Shown here: positions 53,175-54,725 of the stretch, piece after piece
How the letters are laid out: each line of letters opens with the position of its first letter
How positions within the stretch are numbered: position 1 is the first letter of the stretch
NCBI GenBank assembly: GCA_050744245.1
Contig: JBOGGX010000027.1
Span: forward strand, 1-54,725
DNA length: 54,725 bases
Direction of reading: 5' to 3'
Origin: Acidimicrobiales bacterium
GTDB lineage: Bacteria; Actinomycetota; Acidimicrobiia; Acidimicrobiales; JBOGGX01
The notes under the pieces: model-generated
Databases searched by the model: none
Told to the model about the DNA's origin: nothing
What the model saw: only the letters and a program-made list of their open reading frames with translations
Program-made: the position numbers and the translations under genes

Positions 53175-53600
53175 GTGAGCTTTCCGAGCTGGTGCTACTA
53201 CCCGACGTCGACCGCGCCGCCGGAGTGGGCCCAAGGCCTCGTGACTGTTGTCAGCGCAGCTCGGTCAGACATCGAGTCAGCCTCGAACAGCGGGCTGACG
53301 AGCGACAAGGTGCTCCTCAAGCTCCGGCCAGGGCTCGAGGCGCTCGGCTACACCGTCGAGGCCAGCAAGAAGCGCGCTGACAAGGTGCGCCGGCCGGTGC
53401 TCTTCGGTGAGAGCGGGTCCGAGCGCGTTGCCTATGAAGTGGACGCGGTGCACGACGAACTCGGGGTCCTTCTAGAGGTCGAAGCTGGCCGGGGCGCGAT
53501 GGGCAACGCCGTGTACCGCGATCTCATTCGAACGTCGCTCATCGTCGGCGCACTGCGACCGCAAGCTCGCCAATTACCGCGCCCTGCTCGACCACCATGA
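53175..53600 (+). pseudogene. PD-(D/E)xK (restriction-endonuclease-like) fragment, 3' end replaced
   Basis: ...LRPGLEALGYTVEASKKRADKVRRPVLFGESGSERVAYEVDAVHDELGVLLEVEAGRGAMGNAVYRDLIRTSLIV fits a D...E-x-E nuclease-core pattern. After about 53545 the frame carries recombinase-derived DNA read out of frame. Confidence 0.4.
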
Positions 53601-53905
53601 CGCCGTGACCGTCGCCGCCCCTGGATCGCCGACACCCAACGCGAGCACAAGAACCACGAACGGCAACTCGGCCAGCACGTCCCCGGCGACCGGCTCACCC
53701 CGAACAGGTCAAGGCCCTCGTCAACGCTCTCCGAGACATCGTCAGCGTCCTCGCCGAGGCCCAACCGGCCTCCAAGGCCGAGCTGGTCGTACAGCTCGGC
53801 ATCTCAGTCGCCTACGACCCAGACGGGACCGTCACCGTCGAGTCGCACCACCGTGGGGTACAAGTACGTGTCGGAGGGGGACTTGAACTCGTGCCGGCGG
53901 CGTGA
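53554..53905 (+). pseudogene. C-terminal tail of a large serine recombinase (remnant, two frame breaks)
   Basis: The text CDRKLANYRALLDHHDAVTVAA / PWIADTQREHKNHERQLGQHVPGDRLTP / EQVKALVNALRDIVSVLAEAQPASKAELVVQLGISVAYDPDGTVTVES is read across three frames. The breaks fall at the CCCC runs 53618-53621 and 53698-53701. This matches the conserved tail of actinobacterial large serine recombinases. Confidence 0.55.
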
Positions 53906-54060
53906 CGGCTGATGTCGGCGGGTGCCGTCCAGGCCGCTGACCTGCCGCGATGCTTGGTCGCCGCGGCCGGCTAGTCACTCGAATGACGGGGCGTGCCGGG
54001 AAGTTCGTGACCAACGCGTGACCAGCGATCCCCCTTGCCGAGCCGACGTACCCTTGCGCG

Positions 54061-54525
54061 ATGGGCATGCACTTCGGCTTCATCGTCGCCCGCGCTGAAT
54101 GGCCCGCGTTGCATGCGGCACTCGAGGCGCGATGCGGAACCCTCACGGACGCTGAGGAGATCTCGCCAGCGCAGTGGTTAGATCTGCCCGCGGGCGAGGA
54201 TGTGTTCCACGTTGCATCGGTCAACGGCACTACGTACGTGCTCGATCCGGCGATGGTGTTGAGTGCCGACGGCGACCTCGTCACTGCGGTCGCGGAGGAG
54301 CTCTCGTGCCTGGTGGTCGGTGCTGGCGACGAGACGGTGAGCGGAACGTTCTGGCTCACCGCCGCGGAAGGCAAGGACCTACGTCGCGCGTATTTCCACG
54401 TGCTCGCGACCATGACGGAGCCGTTCACTCTCGGCGATCCGTTGCCAAGCGAGGCCACAGTCGATTGGACGGACATCGACGGCGCCGGAATCGTCGCCCG
54501 CCTTAGTTACTTCGACCTGAAATAG
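54061..54525 (+). CDS. Hypothetical protein (154 aa)
   Basis: MGMHFGFIVARAEWPALHAALEARCG... Coding-like periodicity, but with visibly more A/T third positions than the core genes. No motif recognised. Confidence 0.5.
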   Translation: MGMHFGFIVARAEWPALHAALEARCGTLTDAEEISPAQWLDLPAGEDVFHVASVNGTTYVLDPAMVLSADGDLVTAVAEELSCLVVGAGDETVSGTFWLTAAEGKDLRRAYFHVLATMTEPFTLGDPLPSEATVDWTDIDGAGIVARLSYFDLK

Positions 54526-54562
54526 TCGATTCGAAAATGGCCTGTGACCTGCGGCGATGCAT

Positions 54563-54581
54563 CGCGAGGGTGCTCGCGTTT
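54563..54581 (+). terminator. Candidate intrinsic terminator
   Basis: CGCGAG-GGTG-CTCGCG followed by TTT, about 40 nt after the stop of the 54061..54525 gene. Confidence 0.35.
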
Positions 54582-54599
54582 CGGGTCGGATGACGCGAC

Positions 54600-54640
54600 G
54601 ATGGCCTCAAACCCTTGTGTGAGAAGGGATTGAGGCCATC
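54600..54640. repeat. 17-bp-stem hairpin (one mismatch) abutting the transposase ATG
   Basis: GATGGCCTCAAACCCTT-GTGTGAG-AAGGGATTGAGGCCATC. The next three bases are ATG 54641. Confidence 0.85.
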
Positions 54641-54725
54641 ATGCTGCGTACCGTGAACGATAGACCGACCACGCTGTGGGAGACGGTTCTTCCGCCGGAG
54701 TGCCGGGGGCTCCCGGCCGAGCTGG
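54641..54725 (+). mobile_element. 5' end of an IS transposase gene (IS5/IS1182-superfamily, DUF772-type N-terminus); continues beyond the window
   Basis: MLRTVNDRPTTLWETVLPPECRGLPAELA matches the ...LWE..LP.E...LP.EL(ARVD) opening of this actinobacterial transposase family. Only 28 codons are visible. Confidence 0.5.

Noticed and set aside
53832-54476. 214-aa minus-strand ORF opposite the 54061..54525 gene.
   Set aside because: Ser/Thr/Ala/Arg-rich shadow translation. The plus-strand frame has the better periodicity and protein-like composition.

Overview
Very GC-rich, actinobacterial-type chromosomal DNA; GC was not computed, but third codon positions are almost uniformly G/C. Most long ORFs in the supplied track are Arg/Pro/Gly-rich shadow frames and were discarded. 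I can support about 60 gene-sized units. I saw no rRNA, tRNA or CRISPR array.

Layout:
- 1-31.3 kb: mainly intact housekeeping and metabolic genes. These include ECF sigma/anti-sigma, truncated hemoglobin, gltB, M18 aminopeptidase, a DtxR-family regulator, an MFS transporter co-transcribed with gltD, a YpfJ-like peptidase, a ureohydrolase-lutABC operon, mtnA plus an aldolase, a Rieske oxygenase, an M19 dipeptidase and an acyl-CoA synthetase.
- 32.7-39.2 kb: an acyltransferase_3/SGNH - treY - glgX operon ending in a dead treZ.
- 40-46.2 kb: PPOX, a membrane kinase-like protein, ACT-malic enzyme, rsgA, DUF1772 and NmrA.
- 46.2-54.7 kb: an accessory, mobile-element-scarred segment. It holds DUF222-HNH, an HxlR gene coupled to an ERCC4-type nuclease, MBL/GNAT/DinB/WYL genes, a PD-(D/E)xK-like fragment, a serine-recombinase tail and the start of an IS transposase.

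The most unusual signal is not a clean new operon but the density of broken genes, about 16-18 of about 60. Some are single-base frame breaks, several at short G/C runs. Others are large deletions in which two truncated genes abut directly. They include a decayed NHEJ locus: a Ku stub plus a LigD with an intact PE domain, a ligase domain that has lost its catalytic motifs, and no POL or OB domain.

Candidate novel modules are the translationally coupled HxlR-ERCC4 nuclease pair and a divergent acidic-protein / nuclease-like pair in the island. Two copies of a nested palindromic element with shared outer arms were also found.

All family assignments rest on motif recognition by eye. No database search was run.
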